In this document: positions 21,484 to 31,934 of the stretch, one piece after another | How positions within the stretch are numbered: position 1 is the first letter of the stretch | How the letters are laid out: each line of letters opens with the position of its first letter | Assembly: GCF_000195955.2 (NCBI RefSeq) | Contig: NC_000962.3 | Span: 750,001-782,000, forward strand | Reading direction: 5' to 3' | DNA length: 32,000 nt | Source of the DNA: Mycobacterium tuberculosis H37Rv | Lineage (GTDB): Bacteria; Actinomycetota; Actinomycetes; Mycobacteriales; Mycobacteriaceae | Translations under genes and position numbers: made by a program | Notes under the pieces: generated by a model | Databases searched by the model: none | Seen by the model: only the letters and a program-made list of their open reading frames with translations | Told to the model about the DNA's origin: nothing

Positions 21484-23112
21484 ATGTCAGATACGCATGT
21501 CGTCACCAACCAGGTTCCGCCCTTGGAGAACTACAATCCCGCGTCATCCCCGGTGCTCATCGAGGCTCTGATCCAGGAGGGTGGCCAGTGGGGCCTGGAT
21601 GAAGTAAACGAGGTCGGGGCAATTTCTGCCAGCTGCCAAGCCCAACGCTGGGGAGAGCTTGCAGACCGCAACCGGCCCATCCTGCATACCCACGACGCTT
21701 ACGGGTACCGGGTCGATGAGGTGGAGTACGACCCGGCCTACCACGAGCTGATGCGTACCGCGATCACCCATGGCATGCACGCCGCACCGTGGGCTGACGA
21801 CCGCCCGGGTGCGCACGTGGTGCGAGCGGCCAAGACATCGGTGTGGACCGTCGAGCCGGGCCATATCTGCCCCATCTCGATGACCTACGCCGTCGTTCCG
21901 GCGCTGCGGTATAACTCCGAGCTGGCTGCGGTCTACGAGCCGCTGCTGACCAGTCGTGAGTACGACCCGGAGCTGAAGCCGGCGACCACGAAGGCCGGCA
22001 TCACCGCCGGCATGTCGATGACCGAGAAGCAGGGTGGCTCCGACGTGCGCGCTGGCACCACCCAGGCGACCCCGAATGCGGACGGCAGCTACAGCTTGAC
22101 CGGCCACAAGTGGTTCACTTCGGCGCCGATGTGCGACATCTTCCTGGTGCTCGCGCAGGCACCGGACGGGCTGTCGTGCTTCCTGCTGCCGCGGGTGCTG
22201 CCCGACGGCACCCGCAACCGAATGTTCTTGCAGCGGCTCAAGGACAAGCTCGGCAACCACGCAAACGCCTCGAGCGAGGTCGAATACGACGGTGCCGTCG
22301 CGTGGCTGGTGGGCGAGGAGGGCCGCGGCGTGCCGACCATCATCGAGATGGTCAACCTCACCCGGCTGGACTGCGCTCTGGGCAGTGCCACCAGCATGCG
22401 CACCGGCCTAACCCGCGCCGTCCACCATGCCCAGCATCGGAAGGCGTTCGGCGCCTACCTGATCGACCAGCCGTTGATGCGCAACGTGCTGGCCGACCTG
22501 GCGGTGGAGGCCGAGGCCGCCACCATCGTGGCAATGCGGATGGCCGGTGCCACCGACAACGCGGTGCGCGGGAACGAGACCGAAGCGCTGCTGCGTCGCA
22601 TCGGCCTGGCGGCCGCCAAGTACTGGGTGTGCAAGCGCTCCACCGCTCACGCCGCCGAAGCGCTGGAGTGCCTGGGCGGCAACGGTTATGTCGAGGATTC
22701 CGGGATGCCCCGGCTCTACCGGGAGGCGCCGTTGATGGGCATCTGGGAGGGCTCGGGCAATGTCAGCGCGCTAGATACCTTGCGCGCCATGGCAACCCGG
22801 CCCGCATGCGTCGAGGTGCTGTTTGACGAGCTGGCCCGCAGCGCAGGCCAGGACCCCAGGCTGGACGGCCACGTCGAAAGGCTGCGTCCGCAGCTGGGCG
22901 ATCTTGACACGATCGGTTATCGAGCCCGCAAGATTGCCGAAGACATCTGCCTGGCGTTGCAGGGATCGTTGTTGGTGCGCCACGGACATCCCGCCGTCGC
23001 CGAGGCGTTTCTGGCCACTCGGCTCGGCGGCCAGTGGGGCGGAGCGTACGGCACCATGCCGGCCGGTCTGGATCTCGCGCCCATCCTCGAGCGTGCGCTG
23101 GTAAAAGGCTGA
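21484..23112 (+). CDS. fadE8: Acyl-CoA dehydrogenase FadE8 (AidB-like)
   Basis: GMSMTEKQGGSDVRAG, RLDCALGSATSMRTGLTRAVHHAQHRKAFG, ALECLGGNGYVEDSGMPRLYREAPLMGIWEGSGNV. Confidence 0.94.
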   Translation: MSDTHVVTNQVPPLENYNPASSPVLIEALIQEGGQWGLDEVNEVGAISASCQAQRWGELADRNRPILHTHDAYGYRVDEVEYDPAYHELMRTAITHGMHAAPWADDRPGAHVVRAAKTSVWTVEPGHICPISMTYAVVPALRYNSELAAVYEPLLTSREYDPELKPATTKAGITAGMSMTEKQGGSDVRAGTTQATPNADGSYSLTGHKWFTSAPMCDIFLVLAQAPDGLSCFLLPRVLPDGTRNRMFLQRLKDKLGNHANASSEVEYDGAVAWLVGEEGRGVPTIIEMVNLTRLDCALGSATSMRTGLTRAVHHAQHRKAFGAYLIDQPLMRNVLADLAVEAEAATIVAMRMAGATDNAVRGNETEALLRRIGLAAAKYWVCKRSTAHAAEALECLGGNGYVEDSGMPRLYREAPLMGIWEGSGNVSALDTLRAMATRPACVEVLFDELARSAGQDPRLDGHVERLRPQLGDLDTIGYRARKIAEDICLALQGSLLVRHGHPAVAEAFLATRLGGQWGGAYGTMPAGLDLAPILERALVKG

Positions 23113-23122
23113 GCGGCCGCTG

Positions 23123-24061
23123 ATGACACACGCGATCAGGCCGGTCGATTTCGACAACCTGAAGACGATGACCTATGAGGTCACCGGTCGGATTGCGCGG
23201 ATCACCTTCAACCGGCCGGAGAAGGGCAACGCGATCATCGCAGACACCCCGCTGGAGTTGTCTGCTCTGGTGGAGCGTGCCGATCTGGATCCAGGCGTGC
23301 ATGTCATTCTGGTGTCCGGTCGCGGCGAGGGATTCTGTGCCGGCTTCGACCTGTCCGCCTACGCCGAGGGGTCGTCGTCGACCGGGGGCGGCGGCGCATA
23401 CCAAGGCACGGTGCTAGATGGCAAGACCCAGGCCGTCAACCACCTACCGAACCAGCCGTGGGACCCGATGATCGACTACCAGATGATGAGCCGGTTCGTG
23501 CGCGGATTCGCCAGTCTGATGCATGCCGACAAGCCGACGGTGGTCAAGATCCACGGCTACTGCGTGGCCGGCGGCACCGACATCGCGCTGCACGCCGATC
23601 AGGTGATCGCCGCCGCCGACGCCAAGATCGGCTACCCGCCCACCCGGGTGTGGGGGGTGCCGGCGGCGGGCCTGTGGGCGCACCGGCTCGGCGACCAGCG
23701 GGCCAAACGGCTGCTGTTCACCGGCGATTGCATCACCGGCGCGCAGGCCGCCGAGTGGGGCCTGGCGGTCGAGGCGCCGGAGCCGGCTGACCTCGACGAG
23801 CGGACCGAGCGACTGGTGGCCCGGATCGCCGCACTGCCGGTCAATCAATTGATCATGGTCAAGCTCGCGCTCAATTCCGCTCTGCTGCAACAGGGTGTGG
23901 CCACCAGCAGGATGGTCAGCACCGTGTTCGACGGCGCCGCTCGGCACACACCCGAGGGGCACGCGTTTGTCGCCGACGCGGTCGAGCACGGCTTCCGGGA
24001 TGCGGTGCGGCGCCGTGACGAGCCGTTTGGCGACTACGGCCGTCAAGCATCGCGGGTGTAA
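23123..24061 (+). CDS. echA4: Enoyl-CoA hydratase/isomerase family EchA4
   Basis: Crotonase fold: ARITFNRPEKGNAI, VSGRGEGFCAGFDLS, VAGGTDIALHADQVIAAADAKIGYPPTRVWGVP. Confidence 0.93.
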   Translation: MTHAIRPVDFDNLKTMTYEVTGRIARITFNRPEKGNAIIADTPLELSALVERADLDPGVHVILVSGRGEGFCAGFDLSAYAEGSSSTGGGGAYQGTVLDGKTQAVNHLPNQPWDPMIDYQMMSRFVRGFASLMHADKPTVVKIHGYCVAGGTDIALHADQVIAAADAKIGYPPTRVWGVPAAGLWAHRLGDQRAKRLLFTGDCITGAQAAEWGLAVEAPEPADLDERTERLVARIAALPVNQLIMVKLALNSALLQQGVATSRMVSTVFDGAARHTPEGHAFVADAVEHGFRDAVRRRDEPFGDYGRQASRV

Positions 24062-24063
24062 CC

Positions 24064-24786
24064 ATGCCGGCCATGACCGCCCGTTCGGTGGTACTCAGCG
24101 TGCTGCTCGGTGCTCATCCCGCGTGGGCCACCGCAAGCGAATTGATCCAGCTGACAGCGGATTTCGGTATCAAGGAGACGACGTTGCGGGTCGCGCTGAC
24201 CCGCATGGTCGGTGCCGGGGATCTGGTCCGGTCCGCGGACGGCTACCGGCTCTCGGATCGGTTGCTGGCCCGCCAGCGCCGACAAGATGAGGCCATGCGC
24301 CCACGGACCCGCGCTTGGCACGGAAACTGGCACATGCTGATTGTCACCAGCATCGGCACCGATGCTCGTACCCGGGCCGCACTGCGAACCTGCATGCACC
24401 ACAAGCGTTTCGGTGAATTGCGGGAAGGGGTGTGGATGCGGCCGGACAATCTCGACCTCGACTTGGAGTCCGACGTTGCGGCCCGGGTTAGGATGCTGAC
24501 GGCCCGCGACGAGGCCCCCGCCGACTTGGCCGGGCAGCTGTGGGATCTGTCGGGGTGGACCGAGGCCGGCCACCGGTTGCTCGGCGACATGGCAGCGGCC
24601 ACCGACATGCCCGGGCGATTTGTGGTGGCTGCGGCGATGGTGCGCCACCTGCTCACCGATCCGATGTTGCCCGCTGAACTGTTGCCCGCCGACTGGCCGG
24701 GCGCCGGGTTACGGGCGGCGTACCACGACTTCGCCACTGCAATGGCGAAACGACGCGATGCAACTCAACTCCTGGAGGTGACATGA
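24064..24786 (+). CDS. PaaX-like transcriptional regulator (Rv0674)
   Basis: MTARSVVLSVLLGAHPAWATASELIQLTADFGIKETTLRVALTRMVGAGDLVRSADGYRLSDRLLARQRRQDE, a PaaX winged-HTH pattern; located between two echA genes. Confidence 0.87.
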   Translation: MPAMTARSVVLSVLLGAHPAWATASELIQLTADFGIKETTLRVALTRMVGAGDLVRSADGYRLSDRLLARQRRQDEAMRPRTRAWHGNWHMLIVTSIGTDARTRAALRTCMHHKRFGELREGVWMRPDNLDLDLESDVAARVRMLTARDEAPADLAGQLWDLSGWTEAGHRLLGDMAAATDMPGRFVVAAAMVRHLLTDPMLPAELLPADWPGAGLRAAYHDFATAMAKRRDATQLLEVT

Positions 24787-25574
24787 GTGATCTGGTGCGT
24801 GTGGAGCGCAAAGGTCGGGTGACCACGGTGATTCTGAACCGGCCGGCCTCCCGCAACGCGGTCAACGGCCCGACCGCCGCGGCGTTGTGCGCGGCGTTCG
24901 AGCAATTCGACCGGGACGACGCCGCGTCGGTGGCCGTACTCTGGGGTGCGGGTGGAACCTTTTGTGCGGGAGCCGATTTGAAGGCCTTTGGCACACCGGA
25001 GGCCAACTCTGTGCACCGGACGGGTCCCGGCCCGATGGGGCCGTCACGAATGATGCTGTCCAAACCTGTGATCGCCGCCGTCAGCGGCTACGCCGTCGCC
25101 GGGGGGCTGGAATTGGCACTGTGGTGCGACCTGCGGGTGGCCGAGGAAGACGCCGTGTTCGGTGTGTTTTGCCGTCGCTGGGGGGTACCGCTCATCGACG
25201 GCGGCACCGTGCGACTGCCACGGCTGATCGGGCACAGCCGCGCGATGGACATGATCCTCACTGGCCGTGGGGTGCCGGCCGACGAAGCGCTGGCCATGGG
25301 GTTGGCCAATCGGGTGGTGCCCAAGGGTCAAGCCCGACAGGCGGCTGAGGAGTTGGCGGCGCAATTGGCCGCGCTGCCGCAGCAGTGTCTGCGATCGGAT
25401 CGGCTGTCGGCGCTGCACCAGTGGGGCCTGCCCGAGTCCGCGGCGCTCGACCTCGAGTTCGCCAGCATCGCGCGGGTGGCCGGCGAGGCGCTAGAGGGGG
25501 CGAGACGGTTCGCCGCGGGTGCCGGTCGGCATGGGGCCCCGGCACCTCGGGCCGAACAGGGCGACACGCTTTAG
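24783..25574 (+). CDS. echA5: Enoyl-CoA hydratase/isomerase family EchA5
   Basis: VILNRPASRNAVNGPTAAALC, LWGAGGTFCAGADLKAFG, GGLELALWCDLRVAEEDAVFGVFCRRWGVPLIDGGTVRLPRLIG; ATGA overlap with the upstream gene. Confidence 0.93.
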   Translation: MSDLVRVERKGRVTTVILNRPASRNAVNGPTAAALCAAFEQFDRDDAASVAVLWGAGGTFCAGADLKAFGTPEANSVHRTGPGPMGPSRMMLSKPVIAAVSGYAVAGGLELALWCDLRVAEEDAVFGVFCRRWGVPLIDGGTVRLPRLIGHSRAMDMILTGRGVPADEALAMGLANRVVPKGQARQAAEELAAQLAALPQQCLRSDRLSALHQWGLPESAALDLEFASIARVAGEALEGARRFAAGAGRHGAPAPRAEQGDTL

Positions 25575-25585
25575 GCGGGTACGGC

Positions 25586-28480
25586 TCAGACCAAGGCGAA
25601 GGTCCGTGCCGATGCCGGCGAGGGCCACGGCTGCGGAATGGGTCGTTGCCGGACAACCTGGGGCCACCAGAACCACTTTCCGAGGAGGGCCGCGATCGAC
25701 GGTGTCATGAACGACCGGACGATCAGGGTGTCGAAGAGCAGGCCCATACCGATGGTGGTGCCAACCTGGGCCATCACGGTCAGCTCGCTGACGGCAAACG
25801 ACATCATGGTGAAGGCAAACACCAGCCCGGCGGCGGTCACCACCGACCCGCTGCCACCCATCGCACGGATGATGCCGGTGTTGATTCCGGCGTGGATCTC
25901 CTCCTTGAGCCGGGCAACCAGCAGCAGGTTGTAGTCCGCGCCGACGGCCAGCAGGATGATGACCGCCATCGCCAACACCAACCAGTGCAGCTCGATACCC
26001 AGGATGTGTTGCCAGATCAGCACCGACAGCCCGAACGAGGCGCCCAGCGACAACACCACGGTGCCGACGATGACGGCGGCCGCGACGACGCTGCGGGTGG
26101 TGATCAGCATGATGATGAAGATCAGGCAGAGTGCGGAGATTCCGGCGATCATCAAGTCATAGGTGTTGCCGTCGGACAAGTCCTTGAACATCGCCGCGGT
26201 ACCGCCCAGGTAGATCGCGGATCCCTCCAACGGTGTGCCCTTGATGGCTTCCTTGGCGGCGGTCTTGATCTTGGCGATGCGCGCGATGCCCGCCTGGCTC
26301 ATCGGGTCGCCTTCGTGGCTGATGATGAACCGCACCGCGTGCCCGTCCGGCGAGAGGAACTGTTCCAGGCCGCGTTGGAAGTCGGGATTGTCGAAAACCT
26401 CGGGAGGCAGATAGAACGAGTCGTCGTTGCGCGAAGCATCAAAGGCTTCGCCCATCGCCGCCGAATCCTCCTGCATCGCGGCCATCTGATCCTGCAGCCC
26501 TTCCTGGGTGGAATGCATGCTCAGCATCTGCGCCTTCATGCTCTTCATGGTCTGGATCATCTCGGGCATCATCGCGGTCAGCTGGGGCATGAGCGTGTCC
26601 AGGCGCTGCATGAGCGGCAGCAGGTTGTTGATGTCTTCGGTCATGACGTCGATTCCGTCGAGGGTGTCGAACACCGACCGCAGCGACCAGCAGACCGGGA
26701 TGTCGTAGCAGTGCTTTTCCCAGTAGAAGTAGCTGCGGATGGGGCGGAAGAAATCGTCGAAATCCGCAATATGGTTGCGCAACTCCTCGACATCGACCAC
26801 CATCCCCGTCATCTGAATGACCATTTCGTGGGTGACATCGGCCATCTGCTGGGTGAGGCTGTGCATCCGCTCCATCTGGTCGATGTTGGACTGAATGTCG
26901 TTGACCTGCTCCAGCATCCTGGCCGTCAGGTCCTGGTTGTATTTCTCGGTCAGTTTCTGGCTGGTGCCCTGCATGCTGATCAGGAACGGGATTGAGGTGT
27001 GCTCGATCGGTTTGCCGTCCGGCCGGGTGATGGCCTGCACCCGGGATATCCCCTCCACGGCGAAAATGGCCTTGGCGATCTTGTTGATCACCAAAAAGTC
27101 GGCCGAATTACGCATGTCGTGGTCGCTTTCGACCATCAGCACCTCGGGGTTCATCCGGGCCTGGGAGAAATGGCGCTCCGCGGCCGCATAGCCTTCGTTG
27201 GCCGGTAGGTCGGCGGGCAGGTAGTTGCGGTCGTTGTAGTTGGTCCGGTAGCCCGGCAGGGTCAGCAGACCGACGAGCGCCAGGGCCACCGCACCGACCA
27301 GGATGGGGCCGGGCCAGCGGACGATGGCGGCCCCGACCTTGCGCCAGCCCCGCACCCGCGCCATCCGCTTGGGCTCGAGCAGCTTGCCGAACCGGCTCGT
27401 CACGGCGATTATCGCCGGGCCCAGGGTGAGTGCGGCGGCGACGACGATGACCATCCCGATCGCCAACGGCACACCGAGGGTCTGAAAGTACGGCAGTCGG
27501 GTGAAGCTCAGACAGAACGTGGCACCCGCGATGGTCAGACCCGAGCCCAGCACGACATGGGCGGTGCCGCCGAACATGGTGTAGTACGCCGACTCCCGGT
27601 CCTGGCCGAGCCCGCGTGCTTCCTGGTAGCGGCCGATCAGGAAGATGGCGTAGTCGGTGGCGGCCGCGATCGCCAGCACCACGAGCAGGTTGGTCGCGAA
27701 GGTCGAGAGCCCAATGATCCGGTGGAAACCGAGGAAAGCCACGCCCCCGCGGGTGGCGAGCAGCCCGAGCACCACCATCGTCAGCATGATCGCCGACGTG
27801 ATGATCGACCGGTAGACCAGCAGCAACATCACGATGATCACGGTGAACGTGACCGCCTCGATCACCTGCAGACTACGGTCGCCGGCCTGCTGCTGATCGG
27901 CGACCAGCGCGGCCGAACCGGTGACGTACACCTTGACACCGGGTGGCGGCGCAAGGCGCTCGACGATGGTCTTGACCGCTTCCACGGACTCGTTGGCCAG
28001 TGACTCGCCCTGATTGCCCGCGAGTTTCACCTGAACGTAGGCGGCCTTGCCGTCGCTGCTCTGGGCGCCGGTGGCGGTCAGTGGATCCCCCCAAAAGTCC
28101 TGCAAGGACTGGACGTGGGTGGTGTCGGCTTGCAGTCTGCCGATCATCTGGTCGTAAAACGCATGGGCGGCGTCACCGAGCGGCCGCTGGCCCTCCAGCA
28201 CGATCATCGCCGCGCTGTCGGAGTCTCCCTCCTCGAACACCTTGCCGATGTGTTTCATCGAGATCATCGACGGTGCCGCGTCGGGGCTCATCGACACCGC
28301 CTGTATCTGTCCGACCGTTTCCAGTTGCGGCACAGTGACGTTGAGGACGGCGATGGTGACCAACCACCCAAGGATGATCGGCACCGCGAAGGTACGGATC
28401 ATTCTGGGGATGAACGGTCGCGCCGCGTGCCTGTCGGGCGGGACGGAGCCCGTCGGCGCAGCTGTCCTTTGCACGATCAT
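25586..28480 (-). CDS. mmpL5: RND-superfamily transporter MmpL5, 964 aa
   Basis: Start set at [23 protein letters not shown]. The 1019-aa longest ORF has a 55-aa low-plausibility Arg/His-rich extension overlapping mmpS5. Confidence 0.96.
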
Positions 28481-28905
28481 GCGGATTTCACAAAGCAGTA
28501 GGTCAGGGCATCCACGCCGGTTGCGGTCCGCTCGTCCTTCACTTCGCCATCGACGGTGATTCGGCAGGTGATGGAAGTGCCGTCGCCTTGCGCGAGGATG
28601 TTGGGGGCCGCGGACGGCGCCGTGGTCTTCAAGGTGAGCGACCACGGCAGGGCTGCGCCGTCGATCCGCTGTGGCTTGGCGTCGAGGTCCAGGTAGTTGA
28701 TGTTGACGTAACTACCGGAGCCGGAAACTTCGTACTCCACCACCTTGGGGTCGAACGGCTCCGGGTCATCGGCGAAGACCTTCGGCGTCACCAAGATGCC
28801 TTCGGAACCAAAGAAAGTGCGGATCCGCTGCACCGTGAAGCCGGCGATGGCGACCACAACCAGGATGAGCAGCGGTATCCAGGCACGCTTGAGAGTTCCA
28901 ATCAT
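28477..28905 (-). CDS. mmpS5: MmpS5 accessory protein, 142 aa
   Basis: [33 protein letters not shown]..., ATGA overlap with mmpL5. The 401-aa longest ORF N-terminus runs antisense to Rv0678 and is rejected. Confidence 0.95.
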
Positions 28906-28956
28906 CGCCCTCCGCCTCTGCCGCATGAAGTTCACGCCGGTCTGGTGACGCATACC

Positions 28957-29001
28957 GAACGTCACAGATTTCAGAGTACAGTGAAACTTGTGAGCGTCAA
29001 C
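28957..29001. promoter_or_regulatory. MmpR5 (Rv0678) operator in the mmpS5/Rv0678 divergent region
   Basis: gaacgtcacagatttca-N8-tgaaacttgtgagcgtcaac, imperfect inverted repeat overlapping the Rv0678 GTG start, matching the binding region I recall from published footprinting work. Confidence 0.82.
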
Positions 29002-29487
29002 GACGGGGTCGATCAGATGGGCGCCGAGCCCGACATCATGGAATTCGTCGAACAGATGGGCGGCTATTTCGAGTCCAGGAGTTTGACTCGGTTGGCGGGT
29101 CGATTGTTGGGCTGGCTGCTGGTGTGTGATCCCGAGCGGCAGTCCTCGGAGGAACTGGCGACGGCGCTGGCGGCCAGCAGCGGGGGGATCAGCACCAATG
29201 CCCGGATGCTGATCCAATTTGGGTTCATTGAGCGGCTCGCGGTCGCCGGGGATCGGCGCACCTATTTCCGGTTGCGGCCCAACGCTTTCGCGGCTGGCGA
29301 GCGTGAACGCATCCGGGCAATGGCCGAACTGCAGGACCTGGCTGACGTGGGGCTGAGGGCGCTGGGCGACGCCCCGCCGCAGCGAAGCCGACGGCTGCGG
29401 GAGATGCGGGATCTGTTGGCATATATGGAGAACGTCGTCTCCGACGCCCTGGGGCGATACAGCCAGCGAACCGGAGAGGACGACTGA
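28990..29487 (+). CDS. mmpR5: MarR-family repressor MmpR5 (Rv0678), intact 165 aa
   Basis: MSVNDGVDQMGAEPDIMEFVEQMGGYFESRSLTRLAGRLLGWLL... from GTG 28990; no frameshift or stop. Confidence 0.96.
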   Translation: MSVNDGVDQMGAEPDIMEFVEQMGGYFESRSLTRLAGRLLGWLLVCDPERQSSEELATALAASSGGISTNARMLIQFGFIERLAVAGDRRTYFRLRPNAFAAGERERIRAMAELQDLADVGLRALGDAPPQRSRRLREMRDLLAYMENVVSDALGRYSQRTGEDD

Positions 29488-29542
29488 TGAGCAACCTCGC
29501 AATCTGACCGAGGTGGCGAGCAAGACGGCGATTGGCCTGTGG

Positions 29543-30040
29543 TCACTCCTTGTTGATGCGGTTGCCCGCGCCGAGGTTATCGATTGTGGGGTCACCGTTT
29601 TTGTAGGTGACCGTGTTGTCCAGCCCAACAACAACGAGGCGCTCGTCGATCCTGTCGAAGGCGATCTTGTTGTTCGCACCACCGACGGTCACCGTTTCGC
29701 AGGTGCCGTTGACGGTCAGCGTGTTGTCCGAGCCGGCCACGTTCAGTGACTTGCCGTCAGCGCAGTCAAGGGTGGCGGTAGTCCCGATGGATCCGTAGGT
29801 CAGCATGTCACCGATCTGGATCGAAGCGGTTGTGGATTCTCCGGTCGTCACGGTCGGCGCCGCGGTCGGGCCGCTCGTCGCTGTCGTGGTGGTGGCGGTC
29901 GCGGGCGTCGTGGTAGCTGCCGGCGGGTTGGCAGTGGAACTGCAGCCGGCCAGCGGCAACGCTGCGGCAGCCAGCGCCAGAGCAAAGGTCGCCAACCGGG
30001 AGTGGGTAGCGCGATCGGCGCGCAACGGTTTCTCGACCAC
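29543..30040 (-). CDS. Threonine-rich lipoprotein with DUF3060-like repeats (Rv0679c)
   Basis: Lipobox LPLAGCSS, T-rich linker, repeats of DNTLTVNGTC / NNKIAFD / DNTVTYKNGDPTIDNLG. Confidence 0.88.
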   Translation of the reverse strand: MVEKPLRADRATHSRLATFALALAAAALPLAGCSSTANPPAATTTPATATTTTATSGPTAAPTVTTGESTTASIQIGDMLTYGSIGTTATLDCADGKSLNVAGSDNTLTVNGTCETVTVGGANNKIAFDRIDERLVVVGLDNTVTYKNGDPTIDNLGAGNRINKE

Positions 30041-30041
30041 C

Positions 30042-30416
30042 TCAGCCGACCCGCTGCAGTCGGTTTACCATTCCTAGTTCCCGGCCACGGTCCCAGATGA
30101 ACGGATCACCATTGCGGAAGAACACCGTTTCGTCCCAGCCGTAGACGGTGATGTCGTTGATGATCGTGTCGGCGACAACGGTGTTGGACGAGCCCATCAC
30201 GGTCACCGCCCAGCAGGTTCCCAGCGCGGTCACGATGTTCTGAGTGCCGTTGACCAACAAGGTGGATTCGTTGCAGTCCAGCGTCCGCTCGATGCCCTGC
30301 CCGGTGACATGGGTGTCGCCGTTCTTGGCGTGTGCGGCCGGCGGTGGGGCGGCCAAGGCGACAGCGATGGTGATGACACCGGCAGCCAGCGACGCGGCGA
30401 CGGTGTTCCACTTCAC
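30042..30416 (-). CDS. Secreted DUF3060-like protein (Rv0680c), paralogue of the adjacent lipoprotein
   Basis: Signal peptide, then LDCNESTLLVNGTQNIVTALGTCWAVTVMGSSNTVVADTIINDITVYGWDETVFFRNGDPFIWDRG. Confidence 0.87.
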   Translation of the reverse strand: MKWNTVAASLAAGVITIAVALAAPPPAAHAKNGDTHVTGQGIERTLDCNESTLLVNGTQNIVTALGTCWAVTVMGSSNTVVADTIINDITVYGWDETVFFRNGDPFIWDRGRELGMVNRLQRVG

Positions 30417-30720
30417 GGCGGGCCCCCCTTCGACTGGGCGGGTGATGCTTGACTGAGCCTTGGTCGGGCCTTGATTGAGCGTACGTGCATTCGCCCGGGC
30501 GACGACAGACCTGAGTGCATTTGCCGGGCAGGCACCCCGCGTCTGATGTCAGCTACTCCACAACCCGGTCGCTAGAGTCATTAGTTGGCCCTAACGTCCC
30601 CCGAAGACCGGTGCGGACCCAAAGCCGATCACCCCAACCGAAGGGCGAACCGCCATGGCAGCTCAGCCGCAAGCACCGTCAGCGGGCGGCCGCCCGCGCG
30701 CGGGGAAAGCGGTGAAGTCC

Positions 30721-31311
30721 GTGGCTCGCCCGGCCAAACTGAGCCGTGAGAGCATCGTCGAGGGCGCCCTGACCTTTTTGGATCGGGAGGGGTGGGACTC
30801 GCTGACCATCAATGCGCTGGCGACCCAGCTCGGGACCAAGGGGCCGTCGCTGTACAACCACGTGGACAGCCTCGAGGATCTACGCCGGGCGGTGCGGATT
30901 CGGGTGATCGACGACATCATCACGATGCTGAATAGGGTCGGTGCGGGTCGCGCACGCGATGACGCGGTGTTGGTCATGGCCGGTGCCTACCGCAGCTACG
31001 CCCACCACCACCCGGGTCGGTACTCGGCGTTCACCCGGATGCCGCTGGGCGGTGACGATCCCGAATACACCGCTGCGACTAGGGGCGCAGCCGCGCCCGT
31101 CATCGCCGTGCTGTCCTCGTACGGCCTCGACGGTGAGCAGGCTTTCTACGCGGCGCTCGAGTTTTGGTCGGCACTGCATGGGTTTGTGTTGCTGGAAATG
31201 ACCGGCGTCATGGACGACATCGATACCGATGCGGTGTTCACCGACATGGTGCTGCGGCTGGCGGCGGGCATGGAAAGGCGCACCACACACGGTGGTACCG
31301 CGTCAACGTAG
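30721..31311 (+). CDS. TetR-family regulator (Rv0681), 196 aa; alternative ATG start at 30655 gives 218 aa
   Basis: HTH LTINALATQLGTKGPSLYNHVDSLEDLRR; TetR-type C-terminal domain. Confidence 0.9.
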   Translation: MARPAKLSRESIVEGALTFLDREGWDSLTINALATQLGTKGPSLYNHVDSLEDLRRAVRIRVIDDIITMLNRVGAGRARDDAVLVMAGAYRSYAHHHPGRYSAFTRMPLGGDDPEYTAATRGAAAPVIAVLSSYGLDGEQAFYAALEFWSALHGFVLLEMTGVMDDIDTDAVFTDMVLRLAAGMERRTTHGGTAST

Positions 31312-31338
31312 CGCCCTGCTTCGGCCGCAACGCCCGCT

Positions 31339-31368
31339 TTGACCTGCCAGACTGGCGGCGGGTATTGT
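31339..31368 (+). promoter_or_regulatory. Candidate sigma-A-type promoter upstream of rpsL
   Basis: TTGACC (31339-31344), 18-nt spacer, TATTGT (31363-31368), in the gap between the TetR gene and rpsL. Confidence 0.4.
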
Positions 31369-31559
31369 GGTTGCTCGTGCCTGGCGGCTTACGCTTGATG
31401 TAGGGGCGTGGATGCCGGGCCAATTCGCATGTCCGCGATGCCTCGGATGAGACGAATCGAGTTTGAGGCAAGCTATGCGACACACCCGGCCGCGGGTAAC
31501 CGTGGCGGGGCATGGCCGACAAACAGAACGTGAAAGCGCCCAAGATAGAAAGCCGGTAG

Positions 31560-31934
31560 ATGCCAACCATCCAGCAGCTGGTCCGCAAGGGTCGTCGGGA
31601 CAAGATCAGTAAGGTCAAGACCGCGGCTCTGAAGGGCAGCCCGCAGCGTCGTGGTGTATGCACCCGCGTGTACACCACCACTCCGAAGAAGCCGAACTCG
31701 GCGCTTCGGAAGGTTGCCCGCGTGAAGTTGACGAGTCAGGTCGAGGTCACGGCGTACATTCCCGGCGAGGGCCACAACCTGCAGGAGCACTCGATGGTGC
31801 TGGTGCGCGGCGGCCGGGTGAAGGACCTGCCTGGTGTGCGCTACAAGATCATCCGCGGTTCGCTGGATACGCAGGGTGTCAAGAACCGCAAACAGGCACG
31901 CAGCCGTTACGGCGCTAAGAAGGAGAAGGGCTGA
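31560..31934 (+). CDS. rpsL: 30S ribosomal protein S12
   Basis: [57 protein letters not shown]..., complete. Confidence 0.99.

Noticed and set aside
28481-28645. 55-aa N-terminal extension of MmpL5
   Set aside because: His/Arg-rich, overlaps mmpS5, and the conserved N-terminus starts at MIVQRTAAP.
28906-29682. N-terminal extension of the mmpS5 ORF (401 aa)
   Set aside because: It runs antisense to the intact MarR repressor gene; the real start at 28905 gives the canonical 142-aa MmpS5.
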